Assembly (NCBI GenBank): GCA_012295275.1 | Contig: CM022676.1 | Span: 6,696,001 to 6,760,000 of the forward strand | Origin: Chrysomallon squamiferum | Taxonomy: Eukaryota > Animalia > Mollusca | Direction of reading: 5' to 3' | Length of the DNA stretch: 64,000 nucleotides | Shown here: in pieces, positions 1-13,734 of the stretch | Layout: every line of letters starts with the position of its first letter | Numbering within the stretch: position 1 is the stretch's first letter | Notes under the pieces: generated by a model | Told to the model about the DNA's origin: nothing | Seen by the model: only the letters and a program-made list of their open reading frames with translations | Databases searched by the model: none | Translations under genes and position numbers: made by a program

Positions 1-524
1 ACATTTAATACAAATTGTTTGTTAACTGAAGTTTGAAAATCAATTAATGTTTTCAAACTGTGGTTGAGCAGAAGTGTTTAAAAATCAGTATATTTAATAA
101 AGATTTGGTTTAATACTGTTCTTATTTAATGTGGATTTGACACTACTGAAATTCAAAAATCGACCAATGTATGTTTTGGAAAATCCAGTTAAATATGAAG
201 ATTAATTTTCTTGTAAAAAATAAATTGCAGCATCTGACTTACAGATCAGCATCAGTTGTAGTGATGAATACATTCATATTTAGACATTATTAATCATGAC
301 ACGGTAGCCATATTGAAATTAGTTTGAAAACTGAATCATCCACTGCATAATTTAAAATTTCAGCGAGTTAGTGTTTTATAATCATATTGCTGTTTTAACT
401 GTCGTTAGTAAATTGTCAGTACATCTTGTTTGTTGAAAAAAAAATTATTGATTAATTGTGACAAAGAAAAAAAAAACATACTTTATCAGTAAAATAAAAT
501 TTCTTTGAAAACAATTGCAATTAT

Positions 525-580
525 TTCTATTATTATTATTATTATTATCATTATTATTGTTATTGTTATTATTATTATTA

Positions 581-645
<65 letters not shown>

Positions 646-680
646 GTTATTATTATAATTATTATTATTATTATTATTAA
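525..680. repeat. (ATT)n microsatellite, representative of dozens of (AG)n/(CT)n, (ATT)n, (ACT)n, (AT)n and (AC)n tracts in the window
   Basis: Direct inspection. These tracts generate the poly-I/N/L/ER/SL ORFs in the track. Confidence 0.95.
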
Positions 681-3600
681 AGGTATTATTTTCCATGGAT
701 TTGACATATCTGATAAATAAAGCAGATCATCTATGGTATAAGATTAATGCTGGATTAATTTAGTATTCTGAAAATAGAAAAATCTTAAATCAAATTATCA
801 TGTTTTTAATATAATGATCTGAAAAAATAATCATAAATAGAAATATACAAAAAATAAACAGATTTCAAAACAAATAAAATTTTAAAAGTGACTGTAACAA
901 ATACTTTAAATTTAAATCACCATCAAAAAAAATAAATAAAATTAATATATTTATTGTTTTTATTATTGCCCTTTGTTAGTCATTCTAGAAAAATGTTATA
1001 TTAATTTATAAGCTGTTTCTTTACAAACATTCCATTGTATTATATTAAAATATTGTTATTGATCTTTTAAAGAAAAAGTTTGTATTTATTATAATGATGT
1101 GTAATTAGATTGTTGAATAAAACATGTATAACAATACATTCTCTTGTTAAAAACATTAGTATACTTTTTATTTATTTAGCCATATTTCAAACCGTTATTT
1201 CTTCAAAAAATAAACACATAGTTAGTTAATATACACTGGTTGATTTATTGAAAGTTTTCATTCTAATTTAATCATTTATATTTTTAAACTCACTTTCTTT
1301 TGAATGTATAGTTTTTTTTTTTTTTTTTTTTTGCAATATAAATAATAACTTTTCTCTTTCTACTATCTGTTATTTTTCTTTATAAGCTCCTTTTTTTTCT
1401 TTTCTCATTTTTGACATAAAATATTTATAACTACTTGAAACCTTACGTATATATTTGCTTTCATTATCTCTTCTGAATGTAAATTAAATCTATGTTTTCG
1501 TTTCTCTTCCTTACAAAGAAATAATTTTCTTTTTGTCTGCAAATCACTTCATCAAAAATCATTTAGTATCACTGAACATCAGACATGTTTTTGCTACAGT
1601 TTGCATGCTTTAATCTTAACTTCTTAATTTTAAACATATTTTCTTTATCTCTCTTCTGAATATATATTTGTTTTTTCTTTGTCATAAGGATAGCAATAAT
1701 AAAATTAAAAAAAAATTTTTTTTTTTTTTACACTGAAACTATTTCTTGAAGAAATTATTTATAGTGAAAAAGATATTTCTGGGTTTCAGTTGGTATATTA
1801 TAATCTCCTTTTAATATCTGTATTATAACTTTTTATTTACTTTTCTTTTTTCTATAAACCTTTTCCATAGAAGTTGTTATTTTGTTTATATAGCAGTAGT
1901 TTTGTTCTACTTTAAAATTACTCCATAAAAAAGTATTTTGCATTTTAATTTTTTTGTGCTTAAAATGCATTATTGTTAGAATTATTAATATATTTGTCTC
2001 TCCATTTTATAAATTATATATATATATAAAACTTAAACATAGCAATAATTTTCTTGAAAACTGATCTTATTAGGTACAATCATTACTAGTAAAAATAACA
2101 AAAATATTTTTAAAATTATTCTTAAACTTTTATTTTCTGTTCAAAGCTTAAGTGGATGTTGCAGTAAAAATGTTTCACTTCTTAAATATTCAATAAAGAT
2201 ATATTATTATTTACAGTATACTTAGTGTACATGTATAATGTATGCATACCCTGCACCACATCAAAATGTAAAAAAAAAAAAAAAAAAAAAAATGTGTTGT
2301 ATCATACACGTAATAGTTCATTTTCTCTTCAAAATCACTATCCTATGCAAAATGTGTATATGTATTTTCATTCAGTAGAAATAAACATGTATCAGTTTAC
2401 AATAAGCTTTGAGATTTCAGTTTTATTTGTTGTCTGAAGTTGTTTTTAAAGATTTCTAAATATTTGTTTTTACTAAAGGTCAAAATAAAACGTCTAAAAT
2501 CTTTAGTGTGAAATAAACATGTATCATTTTATGTTTGATATGATAATCATAAAAAATAAGTTAATTAACAATTATTTCTATTATTATGATATGCCTTTTT
2601 TAAATTTGTTGTAAAATTCAGAATTAAAAAAATTTATTTTTAAAATTAAAATGTCTTTTCTAAATATCCTAAAAATTCATATCTTCAGTTTCTTTTTTTT
2701 TTTATTTAAGGATAAGGATAAATATAAATTTTTAAACATTAAATAGTCTTTAAAAAAAGCAGTAAAAACGTTTAAAAAAAGACATATATATATATTTAAA
2801 ATACTGATTTAAACTGAATGATGATGATGATAATGATGATGAACAATACATTTTAATTTGTTATTCATTCTTGCTGTTATATCTTTATTCTTAGTTTTAA
2901 TTTTAAATTTTGAAAATATATATTCCAATATGCTTTCATAGGTTAATCAGTATTTTTATTAATTAATATTAGATATACTGAATTTATCTCATTGTTTTAG
3001 AACATCGGAATTAATTTAAGAAAGCTTAATGAACAAGGATATAACTCATGAAGTTATGGATATTAATAAAAATGACATAAGGTTAACATTTTTAATTTTA
3101 TGTGTCTTTGAAATACATTTTTAAACAAAGAAAAATAAGTTAGTTTTTTTTCTGTTGTCAGTAAACAAGTTTAATTAAAATTAAGTTGAAAATAAATGGA
3201 AGTATGTTAATGTTTTCATAATTCCTTTTTTCTTTTAAGAGTAATTAAACTCTTTACTATAATTAAGTTTTTGAAAAAAATAACCTCTGTTCAGAAATAA
3301 GATTTCTTTTTTAAAAAAAGGTAAAAAAAAAAAAAAGAGGAGACATGAAAAAGGAACTAAGCGATTCAGTTGATAACCTTAACCTAGTGGCAAATAGAGT
3401 TAGTTCCCTTATTAAACTAATTCCAAATACGAAATTATAAAATAAAAACATACCTTCACACACACCAAAAAAAATAAAAATAAAATAAAATAAAAATAAA
3501 TAAATAACTAAAATAAAAATTCTATAATGATAATAAATAGTGTTTTGATTCATTACAGTCATACGAAATAAAAATAAAGTAAAAATAGGTTTTTAGATAA

Positions 3601-3832
3601 TAAACTATAACATAAAAACAAAGATATAAATTGAGTAAATTGTTTATTTGCAAAACAATACATCAAAATGTAGTATATACATAGAATTCTCCCAAAACTT
3701 CGATAGTCTTGTTTATTTTCAAAATGGCTCCCTGAAATTTACATGAGTCTCAGACGACCAGGGAGTGGCGCGAAAAAGAAAGAAAACAAAAGTTATAAAT
3801 AGAACAGAAGCAGACGTCATTAATTTTCTAGG

Positions 3833-3991
3833 TCACTGGTAGATAATTGGTCTCGTGCCCTGCATCATTGGGTAACGCTGTTGGTAAGGCCAAAACATGT
3901 TACCTGAAAAAAAAAAAAAAAATACTAAATAAAAAAAAAAAATAATAATAATAAAATTAAAAAAAAAAAATAAAAATAATAATAATAATAA

Positions 3992-4022
<31 letters not shown>

Positions 4023-4085
4023 AAGAAAAAAGTAATACTAAATAAATAAAAGCAGGATAGACATGTGTTCTCTAATTGTTTATGA

Positions 4086-4164
<79 letters not shown>

Positions 4165-4591
4165 ATATACACTCATAGAAATACACATTCTGGGGAGAGA
4201 GGGAAAGAGAGAGTATATTAACTAAAATGGAGCGGATCCGCATTCCGGAATAAAGTATAAAGGGGTGCATGGTATAACTGACAGTATATATAAATAATTT
4301 AATTATACTGTAAATAATATCGCCGGAATATTCTCAGTCCTGAAATAATAACAACAACAATTACAACAACAACAACATAAATTACAACACACCTCGGCTC
4401 ATCAGGTACCACCAAAAGAAAGGGTTGTCACTTCCGAAAAATTCCGCCGTTACCATGGATACGCCTGAAAATAGCAAACGGTTGTAATAATATTGCAATA
4501 GATTTTGTCTGTAACTGTTTGTCTAGCTACACTATTACATACACATTTAAATACAAATTATATAATTTACAATAATAAAATATGCACAAAC

Positions 4592-4659
<68 letters not shown>

Positions 4660-5141
4660 CTGACCATTACTTTATTTCGTAATGTTTAAACCTATATTCT
4701 ACCACTTAAACAATTTGGGAACCCTTCCCAAACTCTTTTGTTAACATAGCATAGTGAAACTTTCTTAAAATAAAATGCAATCTATGATGAGATAAACATT
4801 GGAGGAAATTACAATCAAAGAAGAAGGAAGTAAGAACTGTTTTTACTTGTTGAACGTTCTCAACATATTTTTAATCTACTGCTAAGTTGACAGAACCCTC
4901 GCCTCAAAGAATTGTGTCTACATCCCGTAAGTTTAGCAGTTTAAATTAACTCATAGTATACATTTACAATCTATGCACGCAAATATGTACGCATGACGAA
5001 CATTTTTTTTCTGAGTTTTCCTTTTAATTTGTTACCGAATTAAATTTACACTATTATGATGGCTGTTTTCATTGTAGGATGAGAACAACTGAAAAAAAAA
5101 AAAAAAAAAAAAAAACGTCTCTCTCCGAGGCGCGCGTCATC

Positions 5142-5195
<54 letters not shown>

Positions 5196-5300
5196 GTTTT
5201 TACTATTGCAACTGCAACAGTTTCTACTGCAGCTACTACGAAACATTACAGACATATATGTTTTAATGTATTTTATTTTCAACAAAGAATACTACTACTT

Positions 5301-5342
<42 letters not shown>

Positions 5343-5750
5343 TATATATACAGTGGTGTGCAGAGGTCTGTTGGTCCCACTCCTTGATTGTATGCCCAAA
5401 GACTCAAGTACAAGGTCCAGTACTGAGAAATATTATGAGAAACGAAGTTATTTTGAATACGTAAATGCAGATGAAACATAAAATAAACACTTTATTCGAT
5501 TTAAATATAAATCAACCAAATTTAGTAAGTTCTTTCTCTGATTGGATGTCCCCCATTTAGATTCCCGAGGCCTCCGCCCTTTGGTTCTGCCCCTCTGCAC
5601 GTCACTGTATATTTACTACAAAAATGTGTATAAATAAATAGCAAACAAGAAAATTAATAGAAAAAAAATACAATAAAATACAAATAAAATCGAAAACTTA
5701 CCGATTATCATCACAAACACAACCAATAAAATAGTAAAACGACTCGCCAT
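3833..5750 (-). CDS. Small secreted peptide, 63 aa, 3 coding exons (5750-5702, 4464-4393, 3903-3833)
   Basis: Spliced translation MASRFTILLVVFVMIIGVSMVTA-EFFGSDNPFFWWYLMSRGNMFWPYQQRYPMMQGTRPIIYQ*. Both introns are phase 1 with GT..AG ends (gtaagt and gtgtgt donors, tttcag acceptors). Hydrophobic signal peptide ends in V-T-A. TATA/Inr upstream, AATAAA at 3717-3712 downstream. Confidence 0.8.
5351..5607. mobile_element. Non-autonomous TIR element (MITE, hAT- or Tc1-like), 257 bp, in intron 1 of the peptide gene
   Basis: Ends CAGTGGTGTGCAGAGG ... CCTCTGCACGTCACTG form an inverted repeat (14/16). Flanks tatatata / tatattta (TA or near-8-bp TSD). No coding capacity. Confidence 0.65.
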
Positions 5751-5813
5751 ATTTCGTATATGAACTAGACGTTTTCCGGAATGTAACGAAGATACGGAAT
5801 AGGTCGTTCGTAA

Positions 5814-5848
5814 GAATGAAGGTTCCGAGAGAGCTATGGCTTTTTATA
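5814..5848 (-). promoter_or_regulatory. TATA box + initiator core promoter of the secreted-peptide gene
   Basis: Minus-strand TATAAAA at 5848-5842 and TCATTC (TCAKTY Inr consensus) at 5819-5814. The TATA starts 31 nt upstream of the Inr A (5817), which is 67 nt upstream of the ATG. Confidence 0.7.
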
Positions 5849-7006
5849 TGCGAATTTTTTGTCGTCATACAGGTGGCGTAATGTCGTCTGCCTCGGGCTA
5901 AAATGTCATGGAATACTTAACGGTCACCTGTTTGACCCAAATCACGTGATCGTATATTTTATTTGTAAACAAATTACTTCTGACACCAGAGAATGTGTCT
6001 TGGAGGCGACTAAAAAGAATTCCGTATTACTTAAAAGTACACACAGACATACGCACACACACACGCACGTATATACAACACAGAAAAGTTAGACATAGTC
6101 ATATCGTGCACACTTATAAACATATAAACACACACACGAACAATTAGACATCTCATGCACATTATTATGTACAAGTTAATTTGCTACGTTTTTTAAAATC
6201 TTTAGTAACATGCACATTTTAAATTCTTGTGCAAATAATTCTATATTTGGAAAGCGCGGCAAAATAATGTCAATGTCATATGAAATATACATTTTGCATT
6301 TATTCAAAAAATAACTTTTGGCTAATCTTCTTTTCTTTTTTTTTGTGCTATTTATGTGTGAATGTTGTTATACTTATTATTCATAATTTACTTATAATAA
6401 TAGTGCAGTTGTTGTAGAAGTAGTAATTAGAAGATGTAATAGAAGTAACATTAGTAGTATAATACTAATAATAGTAGTAGCAATTAGTACAGGTAGTAGA
6501 AGTTATAGTAAACGTAGTTGTAGTAGCAGTGATGGTGGTGATGGTAGTAGTTGAAAAAATAGTATTGTTGGTGGTTGTAGTGGAAGCAATAGTAGTAGTA
6601 GTAATAATAGTAGTAGTCCTTGTAGTAATAGTGGTAGTGGTGCTAGTAATAATAGTAGTGGTAGTAGTAGCAGTAGTATTATTATTAGTAGCAGTAATAG
6701 TAGTAGTAGTGGTGGTTGTGGTGGTGGTGGTAGTAATTTTGTAAAAAATAAAATGAATCTGTTAATGCAGGCAATCTGTTATGTGTCCACTCAAATAATT
6801 TTCATGCACAATTTAAAACGGAAACAGGTATTTCTTGTTACGTACATTCTTCAGTCTACCGTGGAGCACTGAAGCTTAACTTGCTTGTAGACACTCATGT
6901 ACAAAACTGAAAAACAGGTGTACAGTAAATGGAAATCATATTACTCATCAAAACAAGAAAAAAGAGCAATTTATTAAAGTAATTTATTATTTTCATTAAA
7001 AAAAAA

Positions 7007-7037
<31 letters not shown>

Positions 7038-7252
7038 GAAGGAAGAAAAAAGAAAAATGAAGAAAAACTAAGAAAAAAAATAGAACTAAAAACGAAGAAA
7101 AAAGAAAAAAAAAAATAATAAAAAAGATAGAAAAAAGAAGGAAAGGAAAAAAAGCACAGGGAAAAAATATTATAAACTAAGAAAGAGAGAAAGAGAAAAC
7201 GATGAGAATACGAAAGAAAACTGTCAGACAGATAACAGAAAGACAGAAAGAA

Positions 7253-7315
<63 letters not shown>

Positions 7316-8201
7316 GAGAGGGATACACGACTAAAAGAATCGAGAGATACGAAGAGAGAGCGGGAAAAAGATATGGAAGGAGAGAAATAAACAGAGGAGT
7401 GTCACAAAATATGTGTTTTTTTCATTTGTGAAAAAGACTCATCTACATAATTATGCAGGTGAAAACTGACATTGAAAAATGTACTCTTACTTGATTCTGA
7501 CGCGAAGCTTTTCCATTAAGTAAAGTGTTTGATGGAAACAAGACGTTTTTATGCCACTGATCAAATAAAAAGAAATAATATACAGGGCGGATCGCATTCT
7601 TTGCTAATTTATTTATAACTTCTAACACCAGGTAACCTCGAATAAGTCTGTAAACAAATTTGTTTTTAATTTATTAAATCTGTCCTTGACAAATGTCGGT
7701 AGAGTTACCGCCCTTCTATGAATCTGGCGTCATTTTGTCTTTGTTCAGTTCAGTGGCCTATTTAACTCTTAATGTAATCGGACATTTGTTTGAATGTCGA
7801 AAGTGTACCAAATAATATAAATTTGTTTTCCAAAATAAGTCATTTATATTGCACCATTCATAATGCATGGTTTTATTCTTGTGTTAGTTCAATTAAAAAT
7901 CGTTTGAAATAAGATCAAAGAATCAGTAAATTTGCTATTTTTTCCAAAATCAGTCAATAATAATTAAAGACAATCGTATTCATATATGCATTTTTTTCAT
8001 TTATGTTAGAAAGGTGGTTAAAATATCCCTTGTTTTAGCTTAGATCAAATAATCAGTCCATTTTTCTATTTTCCGTTATATACATACAGGACTCATACAT
8101 ACATAACATAAAGACAATTTAACTTTTTATTTTTTTATCGACACTTTTTTTTAGAAAGGTAACAATATAAAATGGTTAACCTTGTTTCCTCAGCATAAAA
8201 A

Positions 8202-8233
<32 letters not shown>

Positions 8234-8796
8234 TTAGTTGGAAGTAATTGTGTTGTTTAGTTGGAAGTAATTGCGGTTTTTAAAATTTTCGTTAAGAGAG
8301 AAATATTACTTTAAAAGTCTTTGTTAAGTAGGTAACACGTAATAAAAATGAATAATTAATTGTGAAAATCATTATTAAATCTACTTCAAACAGACAAACG
8401 GGATAATTTGAGTGGACAAGCTAAACATGGCCGTCCTTTACAATTGGTTGTTTCACTTGTAAGTATTTATCATCATCATTATCCTAGCCTTTAAGGCTAC
8501 TACATCTCATAATCGAGACTAATAACCATGTCGTAAATTCCTCCTTTCACTCGGGACATCGACTTAAAACATGACGTAAACATCAATCATCGGAGTTGTC
8601 CTGCCTTTTCAGGTCACCATTACCATAATCGAGACGACAAAATGCGTGTACTGTAAATCCCTCCTTCGCTGGGCGCATCTAGCAAAAGTAAATAACCGGT
8701 TTCGGTAATAATAATTATTGTTAAAAGATGATTTCGTTAAGCAGTGGAAGCTGAAATCCTTTATGAAAAAATTGTTAGGAAATAAAAATCTGCTGT

Positions 8797-8835
<39 letters not shown>

Positions 8836-9091
8836 TATGCAGCATAAAGATGGTAGGAAAATGCCATAACACTAAGAGAGGATAGTAAAGTAAAAGTTTG
8901 GATGGGTAGTCTTTTTTTTTTTTTTTTTTTTTTTTTTATCTTTTTATTGTTTTCTTTTCAAAAGAATTCTTTCATATTTTTTTAAAATTGAACTTAATTA
9001 TATAAATCAGTAAAATAATTATTCTTTAACATGTTGTTTTAAAATTTCAGTATGTATTGTATGCACGCATGAATGCATATACGACCTCACA

Positions 9092-9174
9092 AACGCTGCC
9101 GAGGTTCGAACGCATGGAACCCATTCACCCGCACTCCGAAGGCGGACGACATTACTTCTTGGTTATCGAGACCG
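9092..9174 (-). mobile_element. Degenerate tRNA-derived SINE-like head
   Basis: Minus strand GGTCTCGATAACCAAGAAGT...GCGTTCGAACCTCGG has a B-box-like GTTCGAACC and a weak A box in a GC-richer island. No intact cloverleaf. Confidence 0.3.
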
Positions 9175-9916
9175 TTTAAAAAAGGTTGCTTAGTAACCGA
9201 GGGTAATCATCGCTTCTCCCGAATCACGCAGTTCTTTTTTTTGTATTTCGTCATTTTTTTGTTTCTAGTATTTTTTGAGTCCGGTCTAACCAGTGAGTGT
9301 AAAAGAAAGTGCGTTCAAATAACTCTTCTTATTAATCATGTGGTAAAAAAAACTATGTCTTTTTTCTCTTTCGCGATATTTGTCAAAGCTGTATTTAGAA
9401 ATACATTAATCTTTTTTTGTCATATGTAGTTAAAGACTAACATTCCTTCACGTGTAGCTTCCTTTCTGTTAAACAAATTAAATAAGTAAATAATAAGAAT
9501 AAAATAAAATAAAATAAATAAACAAACAAATACAAACAACCAAACAAACAAATAAATAAACAAAGAAACAAACTAATAAATAAATAAACAGCTAAAATAA
9601 ACTAATTAAAGAAATAAACAAAAATAAAAAAAAATAAACAAACACAAATAAATAAATAAATACATTTTAAATAAAACATTATATATCACCGTGTGAAAGC
9701 TTAGCCATGTAATACTAGATGTTATCTTCAGTTAAAGTGATTTAGAAAACAAATGACGTCAGAGATAATCATAATTAGATTGAGATCAGCGCAATACTAC
9801 TTCAGTGATATTTATTTGAGATATTATATAAGATATGATAACATTGATTACAACAGTAATTTTGTAGATAAAAAAAAAATAGTGACATTAAAGATAGTAT
9901 TTGTAATATATTCTAC

Positions 9917-9970
<54 letters not shown>

Positions 9971-10321
9971 GCATAATGATAATAATGATGATAGAGGAAA
10001 AATATAAATTTTCTATCATCAAAAACAAAATTAAAAAGAAAGAAATGTACACTTATCTTATTTTTAGTTAATTCTTAAGTAAAATATTTTCAATACAGAT
10101 TTTCTAAGCTAATTTTGCCGTTAATTAAACATTATACTTCGTTTATGAGTTTCGTACCTCTTCGTCAATAAGCCGCATAAATAATACGTCAACAATAACA
10201 TGACGTCATTTAGCAACGACCAGTCTGCAAAGATGTTGGAAGATGAAGCGAAATGTTGTCAACAGTTTTGACTTAGAAAAGAGAAAATATTTTTAAGTTA
10301 AACATTTAATTGTTTATTTTG

Positions 10322-10364
<43 letters not shown>

Positions 10365-11085
10365 GCACGCATTCACACGCACACTTGTGATAAACGTAAA
10401 ACTGTTAAAATAACTTTTACTACTGTTACAATAACAATCACTACCTCTACTATCACTGCTATTAATATTGCAGCTACCACTGTTACTATTTACGATTACT
10501 ACTACTGCGATTACAACAACAACCACAACTACTACGAGTATTACTAGTATAACAACTTATACTACTTTTATTACTACTACTACTACTGTGCTCCTACTAT
10601 CACTACCACTACAGCAACACAACGCCATAACTATTTCTGATAGCTGAGACTGTTGTTAATCGTAAAAGAAATGAAACAAATAAATAAATAAGTTATCACA
10701 AACAGACAGATACACTGACAGATACACTGACAGACAGACAGACAGGTAGGCAGAAAGTCGTGTCACAAAGTTTTAAAAATGAAAACTCTACGTCATTGTT
10801 TAAGTGATACTAAATTTCACAAACTAGCCCATTTAAATTCTCCATGTCGCGATAAAAACAAACAGACAAGGAATTAAGAAATAAACCCTCAGATGAACTC
10901 GGTTAATAACTAATAGTCGCACTTCTGAATTAAACAGACACACGCACACATTGATACACACAGAATGTGTGTTTGTGTGTGTGTGTGTATATATATGAGA
11001 GAGAAATGGATGTTTATATATGTACGTACATAAACACAAACACAGCCATACACACAAATATACACAGAGATACATTCGTACATAC

Positions 11086-11163
<78 letters not shown>

Positions 11164-11264
11164 TGGAGAGAGAGAGAGATATTTGTAAACAAGACTGATC
11201 ATTTTATATTCTTCTTTTTTTAATCTGTAAGAAAAAATCTCTATATTGGCGAAATATATCTAGG

Positions 11265-11303
<39 letters not shown>

Positions 11304-11523
11304 GTAGCTAGGTAACAATAGGATCCAAAACGAGGCACAATGATGAAACGATTTTTACTTGCTTTGCCAGGTTAATATAAACTATGGCAGAGATTGGTTA
11401 AGAGGTCTGCTGCTTAATAATAAGATGATGATGAGATTAATTATAATTATAATAACAATAATAACAACAATAATAAAAAAGAAATAATAAAATGTTTAAA
11501 AATTACAATAATAATAATAACAC

Positions 11524-11563
<40 letters not shown>

Positions 11564-12794
11564 TTTTAAAAATTACAAATATTATCAGTTTTAATAATAA
11601 TAATAACAATAATAATAATAAATAAATAAATAAAATAATAAATAAATAATTAGTAAGACTCCTAATTTAGAAAGCTGTAGTAAACAAAAATATTTAATAT
11701 CTGTTAACACCAAAAACCGTACAACATTATTAAATTGTCAAATTACGACAAACGCTTTAATCAAATCTCGAAAGGGAAATCTGAATCGGTTGCAGCGTAG
11801 AAATCACAGAACTTGGGTCTTAAACGTGACAAACTGGGGAATTGAACCTGTCGAATGCGACATAGAGCTATTTGGTTCTTTATCAAAGGTTTCATTATGT
11901 AATCTGTGATCTACAGTAAGTTCAGAATGCGTTTTGTTTCGTTATTTGTTAAGATGTGACTATATTTCTGTTTCAGAGGTAATGAAAAATATAATGGTGT
12001 TATTTCAACATACCTGTAATTAAAATCATCACACCAAATTGTAGGGCAAGTCCCACGTCAAGGGACGTTTCATTATCAGAGTAGGGGGTGGAGGTAATTC
12101 CGCCTGCCTGTTTGCTAAAGTCGCACCCACAAGGAATTTGGCCCTTAGTAAAAGGCTTGTCTATATCTATATCTGTTTAGTGTCACAGGGAAAAGAGCCC
12201 AGATATATCCATCCATAGGTAATGAGAAATATGACCCTTTGCGTAAATAAAAATATTGAATTTTTTTGTTTTGAATATTTTTGGTTTGGGTTCACTGAAT
12301 GACTCTATATATACTGAGATCATTAAAGAAATATCTATGCATCTAGATGATGTCAGAGGGGGTCAATCTATTTAATTTAGGTTTTTCATTTGTCTCATTA
12401 AAAATCATCATCGTCATCATCATCATCATAATCATCATAATTTTCTCCTCCTCCTCCTCCTTCCTTTTTATACCGGAATAAATGTTGAATATTATACCTT
12501 TAACAGAATACCTGAAACAGCAACAAGGTCATCCAGAGTCAACATAATTCATTTACTTTTTTTAAATTCATCTGATTGAGAATCCATGTTTTCGTTACAG
12601 TTCTGAAAGATGATGCGGAGCTGCACCATGTAAGGAGGGATGTACATAAACATTACAGGATGAAAATGGCGCTCGACAAAACGAGAACCGGTTCATCTAG
12701 TATTTCTGCACTGAAATTACTTTTATTTTGATTGATGTTGTTAGAATGCATGGATACAGACTGATGTCTTAATTACGGATCGTGTAAAAAAAAA

Positions 12795-12828
<34 letters not shown>

Positions 12829-12935
12829 TGAGTGAAATATATGAGTGAAAAGAAAGTAAATTTCGTTAATCTTAATAAACCCAGAAATAAGACCTTAATT
12901 TTTTTTAAATCTCGTCATTATTAAACTAATAATAA

Positions 12936-12966
<31 letters not shown>

Positions 12967-13655
12967 ATTTTCAATGAAAAACAAATTGAAAAATCGATTT
13001 TTAAAAAATATTAAACCCTTTTCAATTTATTAATATTTTCTTTATATTAATATACAAACAGTTACGATTTTTGAGTTTGTTTTCAGGAAATGCATAATAC
13101 ATGAGTGTTTATCTTTTTCAGTTTTATGTCACATTTAATAATAGTTGCTTGCAATAGTGTAACAGACATATAGTCCACTATCTCATGCAGACACATATAC
13201 ATAAATAATTACGAAGCATTCACGTGCACATATACACACACATATATACGCATGTAACATACCCATTAGATGCATATGGTATACTACAGACAAACATGAA
13301 ACTTGCGATAGACACCAATATACATATATATATAATCTTAACATACAGACATATATACACACACGTAAATACATACATACACACATGTATAATCAGTCGT
13401 ATATAAAACATTTTGTTACACGGATACACCTACACACGTACAGTTACACAGAACACACAAAGTATACATACACGTGCGTATACATATAAATGTTAAACTT
13501 ATTTCTTTTATTTTATTTTTTTCTTACATTCAAGTTCATGGTATATTGATATCACTGAAATTTCGTTTACAATAATAATAATAATTATTATTATTATAAT
13601 AATAACAACAACAACAATTATAAATTGTAAAAAGATAAATAAATATACTGGTGCT

Positions 13656-13734
<79 letters not shown>

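Noticed and set aside
445-720. Poly-Asn/poly-Ile ORFs, and all similar ER, SL, poly-Y and poly-V ORFs in the track
   Set aside because: Translations of (ATT)n, (AG)n, (ACT)n and (AT)n microsatellites; no splice or homology support.
3001-3051. Possible plus-strand terminal exon NIGINLRKLNEQGYNS* after ttttag
   Set aside because: No upstream exons identifiable in 1-3000 and no recognisable homology; unsupported.
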